Source of the DNA: Hydrolagus affinis
Taxonomy: Eukaryota
Assembly: GCA_012026655.1 (NCBI GenBank)
Contig: JAAILG010000264.1
Span: 62,001-116,931 of the forward strand
Reading direction: 5' to 3'
DNA length: 54,931 bases
Below the pieces are notes generated by a model, which saw only the letters and a program-made list of their open reading frames with translations, had not been told where the DNA came from and searched no databases. Made by a program: the position numbers and the translations under genes. The number at the start of each line of letters is the position of its first letter. Position 1 is the first letter of the stretch. Of this stretch, positions 37,931-51,216 are shown piece after piece.

Positions 37931-40085
37931 GAACGTTTCTCATTCCAAATGAACACATGAATATGGTTTACGGATCTTAATGACTCACTATATTTTCAGG
38001 TTACATTTAATGATTGAAACTGAGTCCTGAACCACTGTGTCAGCATTCTCCTGAAAGCCAAAACATTTTTAATGAAGCATCACAAATTAACATATTCATG
38101 AAACAACAACAACACATGTATCTCCCATCATCAAAACACAATCTGGGACATTCACATTCAATTTAATCATGATCTGAAATCTTAAATGACTAAAATCTAT
38201 CAATGGAATGGTGAGTACTGTATTCATTTGATTCTTTGCAGTTTTGAACAAAACTGCTCTAAGTCAGGCATAAGAGGAAATGTTTGCGACTTTAAGTACA
38301 TTTTAATTGTTGCTTAGATACCGCTGATTTCCATATTTGCCAAATGCCGGGAATTTTTTTTTCAGTTTTACCTTTGAAATAAAATGCCAAATTAAGTCAT
38401 TATATGTCTACACGCTGTGCATTACTACAAAATGTAGTGAAGCCTCAAAGTAAATCCATTAACAGTGATAACTGAGGAGAAAACATTAGAAAAAATTGGA
38501 ACAGCTTCCTGTTTCTCACAAAGAAATTATGTGAAACACACCAAGGGATCCTCTGCCTCAATTTTTCACTTTAAAAATAAGATGCCATGCACTATATATT
38601 TCATTTGAATCACACCGTTCCTGGACTGGGATGATATATAACCCAGAGTACCTTTATTATATTTTGGAGAGTAAAATTAAAAAATAAATGGTGACAGCTC
38701 AGTGGAAACTAAACAAATCATATCGTTCAGCTCACACCCGTCACATCTACTTTATAATTATACACTTCAAAAATGTATTAAAGACACTGCAAGCTATATA
38801 CAGTATACAATTTGAATCTTGAACTGGCTGCAGTTCCTTTGCACCTTATTGACAGTTTTTTTTTTGCAGATGCAATAAAACATACTCCCAAAAAAATTCT
38901 ACCAAAACACTGAAAAATAAAATCTGGTGCTTTCAGCTGTTTGAAAACACAAAGTTTCTCTTAAGATGTTAATTCCAACCACTGTTATCACTTCTTGATA
39001 TATTTGAAAGTGCAGTTACTTTCACCGATAGGAATTGAAGGAAACCTAACAATGAAAGGTACTGAAGCAAAACAAACAATGTCCACTGAATCTTGCTCTG
39101 AAATAACATCCAAGGTACCAGATTTTACAGACATTACATATATGAAATGCATTTTATAAAGGCGAAATACATGATTAATGAAAAGCTCCAAATAATGTTA
39201 CTGGACACTAGGAATCAAAAGCATCCTAGCAAGTCCAAATAGAAAGCACAACGGTTATTATTAACAGATGCAGTGTATAAACTATTTACAGAGACAATGT
39301 ATAAACTACTTCTTTATATTATTAGAACAAAGCTAAAAAGAATCCTATTCAAGTGAGTGTCCAATAACAAAACGCACATCTAAGACAAACAGAATCTATC
39401 TTTTTGTTTGCAGATGATTAGAGGGCTGCATAGATCTTAATTAGATCTGTTAAAAATTTAAGTTTAAAATACTGTACTTATTTAGAGTTAATAGTCTCAG
39501 GAGCATAAAATGCAAATTTGGCATGAATCTTCATTCCAATTTATACAGAAAAACAAACTATGATCAAATCAACACATTTACTTACTCTGGTTTTTCTTTT
39601 TTGCTTTCCTGTGCCCTGAGAAATATGAATTAAATGCACGATGATGGCACAGTAATTCAGAACTATGCAGATGCATAATTCACCACTCCCTTCTCACATG
39701 GATTGTTCAATGTATCAACAAATTGACTCAATGAAATGTGCCATGCTTACTTGGCACATTCCTGGAATTAAACTGTGCCCAATGGTGATAATTCATACCA
39801 CTCAAAAAAGGAAAGCCAAGAAATAAAAACAATAACATGCAAAAAAAGAAAAAAATCGGCAAAACATCTGACATATGATTTGGGGAAACAGCCTGAACGT
39901 TAAGACAACCAAAAAAGGTACACAAGGCAATATATTACAAACAGAGAAAAGTAAAGGATGTTGTGGATCTTGCTTAAAATATTTGAATAAAACATTTCTA
40001 CATCTATACTGTACATCCCAAGGTGTTGGATTCGCTTTACATCAGCATATATAGAACAGAGGAAGAAATACTGAAAATACATTTA

Positions 40086-40153
40086 GCTGCCTTGCTTCTA
40101 CTCCCGACGTGAAGGGCGCTATCCAAATATAATGTTGTTGTTGTTGTTGTTGT
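40086..40153 (+). mobile_element. L2 3' tail stub (family b)
   Basis: ctcccgacgtgaagggcgctatccaaatataa(tgt)n. Confidence 0.75.
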
Positions 40154-42699
40154 GCTAGATAAAACTGCGCAAAGTAGACCTAAAATGGACTTGTGTAAAT
40201 TTGCTCCGTAGGAAACCAAGTTAAGTTTCAAACTTTTACTTTTGCGCTTCAGAGTAAAACAATAAATCAAATGAACCACAACAGGTCTGGAGTTCCCAAT
40301 GAGATGACTCACACTAATACCCGTCTGAATCACTCAAAACGAGATGCGCTTCTTCAAGGGCTGGACAGAGAACTCAACTTGTGCACGATTACTCATCTTT
40401 ATGAAATCGTATTTTTTTTTTTAATTCTCCACTCTCCAACCTTAAGCTCTATACAGCAAATAGATGTTGCTAAGGTACCAGCTCACAGCCAATATCATTT
40501 GCAAAATTAACAAGTCCCCAAAAATCTCTTTTCACCAAAGTAGAAGATACATTTAAATATCTGAAATTGCAATTGGTAGACAGCCCAGCTGATTCAAGCA
40601 TTAAACCTACAGAAATGCCAATTCACCAAAGTCTGATTGTGCATTATTGCTCAATTGTATTTCTGGTCTGTTGTCAGTTCCAACAGATAAAAGAAGAAGA
40701 ATCTCTTTCGCAATGTTTTTAAACGTACCAGGCTGGTCATGAAAATAAAAAGTTTTTCCTTTAAAAAGGAAATCAATTTTCTTTTTGGAAACCCCCACCC
40801 ACCCCACCAGCAGGATTACAGAAAGGTAGTTGTGAAGTTTTGTTGTATCTTTTACTTACCATTCTTTTGACACAAGCTAAACGATTACTGTATGATTCTA
40901 ATTAGGTGCTTGTTCATGTTTCGTGCACATTTAATTCGAACAAGTTTCACAAAGTGCCAAGAAATACAAACAAATCAGGGCAGTCAAAGAGAGAAAAATC
41001 AATCGCAAATTTCATGTCCATTTTCGGTTTTCAGCAAAAACAATGACTGGGGCTAATTGTCTGTTAAGGAGGAAAATATTTATTCAAGGGGTCCTTTTCC
41101 GGTGAAGCAACGTTTATGTTTGTAATTAGAAAAATGAGCAAAGGGAGGGAGTGGAAAATTTAAACGTTGCTGTTAAAAAAAAAGCTGATATAATATGCGT
41201 GTGGAGGCAGAGGACCTCACACACTCTCATTTGGTACATGACACTTTAGGAATAAGTAGAAAGTATTGGACGCTTTAATCCCATCACCTACCAGCAGCCT
41301 GGAGTACCAACTGTAGTCTTGCTTTGGCCTGTTCAGCAGGGGGCTGCAAAACAACAAAGAGAGAATCCACATCAATTAAAACAGGTTTCTATATTAATGA
41401 TGAAACAGTCCGAGGGATTTTCATTAGGAAGACACAAGAGAACAACTCTGCGCAATAACGTGCAATTAATCTCCAATAACGAAAAAGGCAAAACTACTAG
41501 AAAAATATTATGAAAAACTGGTGGAACCCTTTGGGCTCAGACCTGCCATTGGCTTGGATGATTTATCAAGTGAAACTCTTGGTGCATAGAAAAATATTAG
41601 CCAGATACCATACACCAGCATACATATAACCAGTTAGTCTCCACACTTTTGCATATTATTCTTCTGCTTTAACAATCGAGTTTGCAACTGAGTTTATAAT
41701 TTCCGCATAATCCTATTCCTCAATTATTTTTTCTGGAAATACTCTTGTAATAACTGACCCGCAATGACTCGGATGACAAATTAAATTACATCTAAATATC
41801 ATTAACTGTATGTATCTATCTGATTGCTTGTACAGAATTAATCTCCCTTCTCCCCCCACCCCAATTCTTTCCGCCAACCATTACCCACTATTTGTAACTA
41901 ACAGAAAAGTACGATTCATTTTCATGTGCAGACTGGAGCGTTGCATCTATCATAATACAGTGACTTTTCAACTAATAAAAAAGATGTAAAGTTTGCTTTA
42001 ATTCTTTGTAGTTTGGGATCATTAGATTATTTCAGAGGATTTGCATATTCAGTTCATACTATAGCTCCATGTAATCCTGCTCTGCAAAGACATTTTTGCA
42101 TTTGCATAATCCTTCAAAGACATCAACCTCCTCCTCCCCCACAGAAATCCTCAGATTTAACATTAGGTCTTCAAGTACCGATCCAAATAATACTTTCTGC
42201 AAATTTCTGTCGTGCAAAATACACACCCCACTGCATATCATAGTTCGGTTAACAAGTCGAGGACACAGAAAAAATATACAGCTTTAAAAATATCAGCATG
42301 TAAATCCGAGAGATCTGTGCCATCATGGTTTTCACGGATAGTCTTACATAGCGGACTTTCACGCTGCATTTAAACTGTGTTTAACCCAAAATCCAGTTTG
42401 TCAATTGTAAAATAATATCTAAGGTACTTTATCGGAAGACAAAATGACTTTTTCCACAAATTTTTGTCGTCTCATTTACGGTTTCTTTGTGTATGTTGTT
42501 TTCAGGGCTGGAAGAGCAGGGTGCAAGCCAGTGCATGGAACTGTAAGGAGGACAGATGTCTCGCAAACAGAAAGCAGGCGCAAAACTGTCGTGTATTAGT
42601 AGTTCCGCAGAAAACCCTGGTTCATCAAGTGACACAACATTTCAACGTCTGCAAATAAGAAACAATTTTCGAAGCAACAAGACTCTGAGAGAGTGAAGT

Positions 42700-42722
42700 G
42701 GAGAGAGAGAGAGAGAGAAAGA
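42700..42722. repeat. (GA)n microsatellite
   Basis: gagagagagagagagagaaaga. Confidence 0.85.
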
Positions 42723-43037
42723 GCTCCTTCGGCAAAAGTAGTACAGTATTAAGATTCACAGCTTGTACCTTATGCAGATAATGCTGAACTGATTCTGAAC
42801 AGCAAGGTGCTACAACTGAAGCACTTCTATCTCCAGTCTAAACTTCGGGTTAATACAGCAACAAATCAGCTTGTGGCATCTTGTTTTGGGATGGGGGGGT
42901 CTGTCATTTTTCTTCTACAAAGAAATGTGCGTTTGGGGTTTTTGCCACCTTTCTGATGTGGACGTAACTTGACCGTAGAAACTCTTATGGATCGACTCGT
43001 AATAATAAAAAACGTATTTTATACGTTCCTGAATGCT

Positions 43038-43101
43038 ACAACAATAACATATTACATTTGTACAGCGCATTTCAGGTCGGGAGGATGTCCCAAGACGCTA
43101 C
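43038..43101 (-). mobile_element. L2 3' tail stub (family b)
   Basis: attacatttgtacagcgcatttcaggtcgggaggatgtcccaagacgcta. Confidence 0.85.
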
Positions 43102-44247
43102 AATATTTTATTGTTAACACATGAGCAAATATTAGCTTTAAAAGAAACACGATAGTTCCTTTATATCAGGATGTGTAACTACTGTAGAATGCTTCAGCTA
43201 AAGGGAAACTGTGGGATTTATTTTCTTTTCTTAAAACTAAATGCTCCTGTGCATTTTACCAGGTGTTAAGTAGGAAAATGTTTAATCAAAATACAAGATA
43301 TTAATGAAAAAAAAAGGGTTTCAATGGCTGTTTCAATGTGAATAGAGCACCCTCTTTAAACATAAAAATTTTGACTTACTAAAAAAGTGATCTGAATGTG
43401 GTGCCTGAATATTAAATTACAAATGCACCTTCAACGCAGAGATAGCGGGAAAACACACAGTGAAGTAAAATACATTAACAGTATTGCAGTTTGGGAAAAT
43501 TTGATTAGTGGGCTGATATTTTATCTTGTGACATGCACAGTGCCAGATGGTAAATGCTCGTGTGAGGAAGATAAGGATTTACAGTGAGTGGTGACAGCAA
43601 GTGTGTTTTTTTTCCACCATCCTTTCCAGGCATTAAGATAAACCAAATTGTACAACTAAGAAAGACTGCACCCACACCATTTGGTTTCTGAAAAATCAAT
43701 TCCTCTTCCAAAGTTGCAGGTAACATTTCAGATCATTCAATCTAATCATCAATTTGTTCACTAATATTACAGAGAATGACAAACTGAACTCTGTGTGTGC
43801 ACTTTGCCAAGCTTTGAATTTGCACCCGAGATGCTTTATATATATATATATATATTTTACTGCCAGCATTTAAATATCAGACGATTTTCAGCTTTTAAAC
43901 AAATCATCGTTTCTTATGTTCCAAAGGCTGTTTGTTAAAACGAGGTTATTTGCTTAGCCTCCATTCCCGAGGTTCAGTCAACCAAGATTTGCAAATAATG
44001 GTCTTCATTCAAGCCTGCTTTCTGTATCTTGTTTGTGTAATGTTGCTGCAAATATCAAGACTATTTTCAGAAGAAAAATTGGAATGTAATGATCTTTCAT
44101 TGTTTCGATACCTAACATACAAGATGCTCACTTTGAAAATGTTGAGTGCAGCGAATCGCTCGCTGTAAGTACAGCACAAATTGGGGTTTGGCAGCATAGG
44201 AGCCCTGTCGCCAAGGCACTACAACAAATGTAGGAATATTACTACTC

Positions 44248-44470
44248 TTACAACATACATTTATATAGCCCATTTCAGGTGAGGAAAATGACACAAAGTG
44301 CTTGTCAATGCTGGGTGGGCATCAAAGCTGGAGGTGAGTAATTCATAAATGCCATGGTTTACCAGGAAGGGAAGTTCAACATGGTGATTGTTCGGTGGGT
44401 GTTCTGGTTGAATCTTTTTAGGTCTTCAAGATATTTAAAATGTGGTACTGAACTCCAAACTGAGGGGGGA
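44248..44470 (-). mobile_element. Decayed L2 3' end
   Basis: Tail acatttatatagcccatttcaggtgaggaaaatgacacaaagtgctt; weak WSSVP (WNSLP-like) near 44445-44459. Confidence 0.45.
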
Positions 44471-44536
44471 AAATAAACATTCTGTCAAACCATCATAACT
44501 TCACTGTAGAAGAACTATTATCAAGAGTCAGGAGTA

Positions 44537-44776
44537 CAGTCGATCCTCGCTTAACATTGATTCGATCAATGTTATTTTGTTTTTACGTTGCTGATACATA
44601 GGGGAACATATATCCATTTAATGTCATGACGTTCGCTATTACATTGTTTGCCAGCGGGTGGGTAGTGTACTTTGGGTAGTGTATGTAAACACTGAATGTT
44701 CAGTATTCTTATAAGGGTTCGCTTAACATCGTTTCGCTTAAAGAACGCAACTACACCATTAAGCGAGGACTAATTG
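44537..44776. mobile_element. Tigger/pogo-like non-autonomous DNA transposon (MITE), 240 bp
   Basis: TA|cagtcgatcctcgcttaa ... ttaagcgaggactaattg|TA: imperfect terminal inverted repeats, TA target duplication, internal ttcgcttaa subrepeats. Confidence 0.88.
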
Positions 44777-44900
44777 TATTTGGGGAGGGCCCTGGGGAGA
44801 GAGTAGCGAAGCGGGATTAATTTGGACAGCTCATTTCAAAGAACCGACACAGACACGATGGGCTGAATGGCCTTCTGTGCTGTATAATTCTATGATTTTA
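44777..44900 (+). mobile_element. CR1 3' UTR and tail
   Basis: gcgggattaatttggacagctc...cacagacacgatgggctgaatggccttctgtgctgtataattctatgatt; same family as 49696-49895. Confidence 0.9.
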
Positions 44901-45013
44901 TTCAGGCCAGTGTAGCCAATACCAATGGAAATCTGCAACCCAGGCCATCCCACTCTCACAAGCAGAAACACAAAGCATTTGAGCAAGAACCCAAAACAAG
45001 TCATGAAATCAAT

Positions 45014-45072
45014 GTTTTGGGATGTCCCGACAAGAAAGCCGCTATATAAGCGCAATTCATTGTTTGTTGTTT
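45014..45072 (+). mobile_element. L2 3' tail stub, decayed
   Basis: ttgggatgtcccgacaagaaagccgctatataagcgcaatt...tgttgtt. Confidence 0.6.
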
Positions 45073-47494
45073 AAAAATCACATCACCAGCTACTCCTTTC
45101 AAAGGGAAAAAAAACTGTTTCCACAGCATTGTACTCAAATTCTAAACACTACAATTGTACTGTATTACAAACTAACCTATTCTGTTGCTAGTCGGTAAGG
45201 GGGAATGGCCTTGAAGCTAGTTGTGAGACACTAAATAAAAGCTGAGGACTTATGACAATGCCTGCATGATCTTTTTGTGTTTGCGTTTTAATAAAAAGCA
45301 AACATTAATAGAAAGAAAATATGAATGTCAACCTTTAGAACATCATTTATACAGTGCATATTATAGTAAGAATGTAGCAGATATTATTTTGCATAAATTT
45401 CATTTACAACACAGTGAACATGTCATTTAGTCGCAGATTCACAGAGTCACAGATTTCAGCAGCAGTGAAGAAACATAATGACTTATTTTTGGTGTAAAAC
45501 TGTCAGGCTGACGATCTCTTTCGTTACGCCAAATCACACAGCTTTCTTAAAACTCTTAGTGTGTATACTGCACATCGTTCAGAACTTCCTGTCAAATGAA
45601 CGAACAAGATATTTAAAAATAAAAACAGGATTTAAAAAGAAAATCCCTTTATAAAAGGTCTTGGGAGGGAAAATAGAAATAATGCAAAACATCAAGACAT
45701 AGAAGTGCCAGAACCATGCCGATTCATTGCAAACTAAATAGCCTCCTTTTAATAAATGCAACATATTTCACACAATTGCATTTATGTTATTTTAGTGCTG
45801 GTATAATTCATGCTAAAATTAATCTTTTCTGCATTTTTAACGCAGTGATAATTCTGAAATTGTACCAAGAGCCAAGTTAGTAATCATATTCCGCTCATCT
45901 GATAAAATCACTAACCAAATTGTTATTTGTTTCATAAGTAGTGTCTGATGCAAGGCACCTGTCAAATTTAATGAAAATCCAAGACTTGTAAATGTACAAC
46001 AGGATGGGTAGATGGGACTTAGCCTGTTCATTTGTGAAGTACAACTGTGAAATACCCAGTGAATTATTTTTTCTGAAAAGTTATTGAGGTGCTCGCATTG
46101 CTTTGTAAAGATATGCAAATCAGACACATAGATGATTCTAATGTCTCATTTATGCTGCTCAAGTGATCCAGTATTGCTTCCAGCAGTAGAGAGATTTGGG
46201 CAGGAAACAGGATTTATATTTCCCGCTCCACAATCACTCTTGCCGCTGGTTACTGAAGAGCTGGGCGGGCCACCAGATCTTTAACAACATTAAAAAGATT
46301 AAGTACGTTCCAATGGAGTGAGCTTTCGAATTGAATCAGCGCATTTTAAAGGCAACAACTCTGTCATTAATCGATACAAAAACAATGTGGAATAGGTGCT
46401 AACTGTGAAGTAGAAAACTGTTGCCATGCTCCCTCCAAGGCCAATTTAAGGGAGGCATGTAAGTAGCCTAAACTAACCTCTTAACTCTGATTTTCCTCAA
46501 CTCTGAATGAGACGAATACCTGATCCTATTACAAATATCCCAAACATACCATACTGCTGAAATAGATAAACTGCAATTTTCTTGTGCATTCCTATGTTCC
46601 TGCAGATAGGAGCCTACAAATGTCGCTGTGCTACTCTCCCGCATTAAATAATTACTGGGGCTTGCACAGGAATGTGCACACAATAGTTAAAGCCATGCAT
46701 CTTACCAGTGTGTGAATGGGGAAAAGCATAGTGGAGAAGAATGCAATCCTTCGCTCATTTGCAAATTATAATCTTAATATGGTTCAGAGCAATATATGTG
46801 AACTTTGCTCACGTACGAATGAAAGGAAACACACTGATTTTCCCAGCTCAAAATATAATAAGTGCACATCAGCCTTCAAGCAATGTTTCCAGTCCAGACT
46901 GACATCTACATGGCAGAAAATCCTAAAATTTGCCTAAGGACAAACAACCAGTCTGACAGGCACAGTAAACCTCCTTGTAGGAGCTTTAATTAGGGATACT
47001 ATCATTTGGCAAAAGTAAAACCCTCTTGCATGAAGCATGTGTGCCTCTATATCCCGTAGCTTCTGTTGCAGAGAGTTGAGGAGGGAGGAGACGAGATTTA
47101 GAACGTGGAGCGAATTGACTGAAATCTTAATACTATATGCCACTATTTCTCATCAGTTAAATAAACTCAATTTAATCGTTTGCATCCAATTTTTTTTTAA
47201 ATGTCGGACGTTCATTAACCCTAAACTTGCGCCCTTTATTTGCAATAATTTCCAACATAAATAACCCTTAATTGATTGTGAATACAAGAGTAACAGACTG
47301 AGAATTTTAGAATTTGATGGAATTTAAAGAGGAACGACCAATTCTTTTTAACATAATCAACGGTGAGAATTATTTTGCTGCTCCTCTGGTTTCCTGTCTT
47401 CGTTATTATTCAACAAAGTAACTGTGATCTCATTGGATCGCAATGAATCCATGGTGACGTGCTTGACTAAGGAAGAGCAGAGCTGTGTTAACCC

Positions 47495-47550
47495 ACAGTG
47501 TTAATCAATCAATTAATTAATTAACAGTGTTAGTTAGTTAATTAATTAAT
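47495..47550. repeat. Imperfect 28-bp tandem duplication rich in TAAT/ATTA
   Basis: acagtgttaatcaatcaattaattaatt followed by acagtgttagttagttaattaattaatc. Confidence 0.8.
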
Positions 47551-48117
47551 CCATTAAATCCGATGCCTGAATCCAAGGTACAATAGGCGAGCCGATCTGT
47601 CCTACAGACATTCCAACAATGGGATTTGCAGGGCAGTCTTGTCAGTGGAGAAAGAAGTTTTGCCACTTAGCTCCCAAAGTGATTTCAGTGTGGTTCCAGA
47701 GGGACAATCGAGGGAAGTTTAGAGGCTACATAGATGCCGCTAGTTAAATCCCCACCTATTACTACTGACTTTGGGTTACCTAATGCTTTGGATCCTGCCA
47801 GCCTGTGAATTTGTTCTCTCCTGTTGTGTGCAGGATAAAGCAGCAAAGTACTCCAATATTCCAAAACCTTCGCTTGACTGGCATTGATAAGAATGAATGG
47901 TTTCATTGGAGAAAGACAACGAAACAGGCTGGCACATTAGCTAACAATTTATAAGTTCTCACACAGGATTGGTTTGGATGAAGATGGTCCTTTGGCCTAT
48001 CTGATCTTACTTTACCAGTGTGTTTTGTTGTTCTCTCACAACAACAAAACACACAAGAAGTGGACTGGTCCCAAACACCCTCCCTGGAAACTTGTTCCAG
48101 TTATTAATTACCATCTG

Positions 48118-48431
48118 AGTAATAATAATAAAATAATTCTTGCAATTGATAGAGCGCTTTTCACGTCTTCTAGAAGTCTCAAAATGCTTCACAGAATATA
48201 CTGTAAAGTGAATTGACTGTATATGTACTTGTGGGCGAAATGCGCAGCCAATTGCGCCCAGCAGTGTCTCACAAACAGTCGTGGATTAAAATGACCAATT
48301 TTATTATTGGTTTTTTTTGAGGCATGAGGAGTAAGGAAAATTGCCCAAGGTTTCGCCCGGACCTGCCTGGATTCGAACACAGGTCTCACGCTTGTAAGGT
48401 GAGTGCTCTAACCACTGTGCTACAGGACTCC
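48118..48431 (-). mobile_element. tRNA-derived SINE, full length (head type A)
   Basis: Reverse complement ggagtcctgtagcacagtggttagagcactcaccttacaagcgtgagacctgtgttcgaatccaggcagg followed by the body and tail. Confidence 0.96.
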
Positions 48432-48842
48432 ACGGTGAAGACATTATGTACATAGTACCATATGCTAGTCCTGACTATAGCTCAGCAAAATACCAATTAG
48501 CGACCAATTGTTGCATTGTGCCTATATAAGAAGCTGGGTCTCCAATTTGGAGCTGTACCTGTCTAACAAGAAACATATCAGCACAGGTACCTAGTAAATA
48601 TTGGTGCAAAGAATAGGTGACATTTACATTAGTGGAATCTAAGCCAGGTAGTTCCATAACCCTGGAAAAAAAAATAGTTGCATGACAATTAAATAGTCAG
48701 CATGAAAAACTTTTGACATGTATGGATAGATGTATACATGTGTATATAGATGTATGTATCCGTGTCTGCACATATGGCATATATATTTTAAAAATTGCAC
48801 AACAACCAGACAACAATGCAACATGACGGAGCAGCATTGGAT

Positions 48843-48882
48843 CACAAACACACACACACACACACACAACACACACACACAG
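48843..48882. repeat. (CA)n microsatellite
   Basis: Interrupted CA run of about 40 bp. Confidence 0.9.
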
Positions 48883-49695
48883 CAGAATCACCTGGTCACG
48901 TCAGCTGAAGATCCCAAACTAAAACACTGCCACTCGAAATCGCCAATCCTTAAAAATGAGATTCTGTTTTGTTTGTGCCACTTTCTCCGTTTGTTTGCTC
49001 GCTCAACTGCTTCCTTTGTGGCTCATTCGAACCAAGAGCTACGAACAAAAGCCATTGCGAAAGAGGCGCTCGGACTGTCATTTGCTACATATGTTTATTT
49101 TGCTTACCGTGGACAATAATTATAAGTTCTGTGTTAACATGTGGTTACGGACAGTTATAGACTAATTCATTAATAAACAACAAGCTTCTAATTATGCTCT
49201 CCATGGGGCAGAGTTTGCCTTCTAGCGCAAGCGCCAGCTGGATCTCAGCTCACATTACATTTCGAGCTGCATGCAGGCTTTGCCTCTAATTACAGATTCA
49301 ACCTCCAAAGCAGCGGCTTTGTATTTAAACCTGTAACAGGAGCATACCTTCTAATAACCCACAACAGAAAATTAGCACATTATTAGCACATTATCATCAC
49401 AAGATGATGCTTTGAGATATTTCCAACTAATCATATTAGTGTTTGCAGCTACAGATGCACAGATGATCAACACTCCACCCGCATTACAATCATTTCCTAG
49501 TCAACCCCCTGAAGTGGCTATTTAGAGACTGATTTTAAAGGAACTGTATAGGGTTTCCCTAACCCCTCCCGCCCATTTTCCTCTCCCAAGTGTAAACCTT
49601 AACAGCAGGTGTCAGTCGGGTTAGGAAACAATTCAGTCAATCAAAATGTAAACTCAACAAAGAAAAAATAGGATCAAAATTCCTATATTAACACT

Positions 49696-49895
49696 TCATA
49701 GAATCAAAGAATCGTAGAATTATACAGAACAGGAAGCCATTCGGCCCATCGTGTCTGTGCCAGCTCTTTAAAAAGAGCTGTCCAAATCAATCCCGCTCGC
49801 CCGCAGTCTCCCCATAGCCCTGAAAGCGTGCCTTCCGCCAAATAATTATCTACTTCTCTCTTAAAACTTGTCATGGAATTGACTTCCACCACTCT
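49696..49895 (-). mobile_element. CR1 LINE 3' end
   Basis: Minus strand encodes VVEVNSMTSFKREVDNYL (CR1 ORF2 end); 3' UTR gatgggccgaatggc; 8-mer tail repeats attctacg attctttg attctatg. Confidence 0.93.
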
Positions 49896-50090
49896 GGAAT
49901 TCTCTCCCCCAAACCATCAGCCCTGCCCCCGACTTCCAACATTCAAATCCCCCCTAAAGGCCTTCCTTTTCGAACATGCTTACGGTCACCTCCCTCTCCC
50001 TCTGGCTTGTTGGCAGACTCTGCCAATGTGAGGCTTTCCTGGAGGCTACCCTGCGCGCGTGAAGAGCACTATATAAATGCAAGTTGTTGT
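49892..50090 (+). mobile_element. L2 LINE 3' end
   Basis: Encodes LWNSLPQTI / TFKSPLKAFLFEHAYG; tail cgtgaagagcactatataaatgcaagttgttgt. Confidence 0.88.
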
Positions 50091-50902
50091 ACCACTGCCA
50101 GAGAGAGAAAGAAGCGTGTGCCAACTCCATCTTGAGAGAGACCTATGATTCACTGTAACACAGTTTCCTGGATGAGTATGTTTTGATCAATGAAAACCAT
50201 ACCACAACTCCATCTCATTTTAACTCCACTGCAATAAATTATTTAAAAAAATGTACTTATTTGAATTAAAGACTTCTTTGTCAAGACCCAAATATTGGGT
50301 GACATGAGACTTGCTGCTAAAAATAACACAGGATAACATCGCTAGTCAACATCGGTTCAGGCGTAATGGCATCCCAATGTTGTTCTTTTGCCTATTACAT
50401 AAAGCATTCCAGGTACCTACCTTGGCTTGAAGTCACCTCACCACCCGTATATTTGGAAACACAATCTATGAAATGGCACTGTGTTTAGCAGTGCACCATA
50501 TTTTAATCCTAAATTGTACTAAATGGATGTGGTGGGATGTAGCAATTAGCAATTAAACCTGTCCAAACATTTGAATGCCTCGGGCACAGATGAATTTCTT
50601 CCTTCAGATCAATGAGTACAAGATTTATTCCCTGTAATCATTAAATTTAGCAGCAGCTCAGCAGCACAGTGGTAAACAGCAACCTGCACACAAATAGATC
50701 TGATCTCAAAACTGTTGGTAATAGAATACAGGTATCTTTGGACACCGTATATCCCCTACGTGAGAACGGCTCTGAAGAAATTAGATTAGAAAAGGCTAAG
50801 CCCCTTCATTTTCACAAATGCAAATACATTTACACTCTTCTACAAAGCAGATCTCGTGAATGCTGTTTCATTGGCTTATTTCAGCCCAATCAATAATTAT
50901 TC

Positions 50903-50971
50903 ACAGCACATTGGGACTTCCTCCTGACGTGAAAGACGCTCATATAAAAAACATAATTTGCTGTTATTGTG
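50903..50971 (+). mobile_element. L2 3' tail stub (family b)
   Basis: cagcacattgggacttcctcctgacgtgaaagacgctcatataaa...aatttgctgttattg. Confidence 0.8.
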
Positions 50972-51101
50972 TCCTTTAGTCTTTTGGCAACAATATCACA
51001 ACATGTTCTAATTCGACTGTGATGCTTTTGTAACATTGGGACAATCTTCTCAAATATTGACATTCAAATACAAAAGATCACGAATAACAAAATTGCATTC
51101 T

Positions 51102-51216
51102 TATAACAATCCTTACATTTGATATAACGCCTTAACACCTCGTAGCACTTCGTGGAATACACTGTAAAATGTAGTGACTTGTGTTTTGGGACGAAACACA
51201 GCAGCCAATTGCACAC
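51102..51216 (-). mobile_element. SINE 3' fragment, diverged
   Basis: caatccttacatttgatataacgcc...gaaacacagcagccaattgcacac. Confidence 0.8.

Noticed and set aside
42506-42695. Possible exon after the acceptor-like ttgttttcag
   Set aside because: All three frames hit stops and no peptide is recognisable.
43631-43719. Acceptor (cctttccag) and donor (cag|gtaaca) pair
   Set aside because: Stops in all three frames; at most a non-coding exon, which cannot be supported without RNA data.
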